A DNA stretch of 64,000 bases, taken from contig OZ024743.1 in NCBI GenBank assembly GCA_964016885.1, forward strand, positions 335,048,001 through 335,112,000, given 5' to 3'. The stretch is from Eledone cirrhosa (taxonomy: Eukaryota). Each line of letters starts with the position of its first letter. Positions within the stretch are counted from its first letter, which is position 1. Shown piece by piece: positions 63,660 through 64,000 of this stretch. The position numbers and the translations under genes were made by a program. The notes under the pieces were generated by a model. The model saw nothing but the letters and a program-made list of their open reading frames with translations, was not told where the DNA came from and made no database searches.

Positions 63660-64000
63660 ACTGAAATAGCGATATATATATATGAATGTATATATTGTGT
63701 ATTTGGTAATACATTATATGCTTAATTAAAAGCATTTTAAAGACCTTACACTATTGTTTTAAAGTAGTGACAATGTCACTTCAATTGTCAGCAAACAGGG
63801 GAGATAAGCTGACAGAGGTCTATTTCGTACTTGTTTGTACTTATCAAACTTACCACTACTCCTGTTTGCTGAAAATTATGAATGTTGGATTCTTATAGAA
63901 ATTCCAGGTTTTCAAAATGCTTTTAATTAAGCATACAGTGTATTGCAAAATATACTATATATACATTCATATATATATCGCTATTTCAGAGCACCAATTC
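63660..64000. mobile_element. Fold-back copy of the 28286 hammerhead family
   Basis: Minus copy 63660-63906 (TTGATAA-GTAC..GTAC-GAAA..GTC-AGCTT) followed by a plus-strand tail copy 63907-64000. Confidence 0.75.

Overview
AT-rich, repeat-dominated eukaryotic DNA with no supportable host protein-coding exon (intergenic or deep intronic). The SINE families and the density of (TA)n/(CA)n/(GA)n microsatellites resemble an octopus/cephalopod genome; this is inference. Recognisable transposon relics: a 5'-truncated Neptune-type Penelope-like element (PLE; RT + GIY-YIG, 46.9-51.7 kb), two more PLE endonuclease fragments, a decayed Tx1/L1 LINE (39.4-43.6 kb), a CR1-group ORF1/APE fragment, RTE and CRE-like 3' fragments, a mariner relic, an internally deleted MULE, a non-autonomous Helitron, a MITE and many tRNA-derived SINEs. 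The main signal is non-coding. Short islands between (TA)n tracts repeatedly fold by eye into minimal type I hammerhead ribozymes (about ten complete motifs from about eight sequence families, plus degenerate and half copies). They are often arranged as fold-back or partial tandem duplications. Several have recurrent non-canonical cores (U4A, U4C, U3-A8, unpaired 10.1-11.1) or large branched stem II inserts, and two ORF-less units (312 nt and about 1010 nt) look like retrozyme/circRNA templates. All folds were assigned manually and repeat boundaries are approximate.
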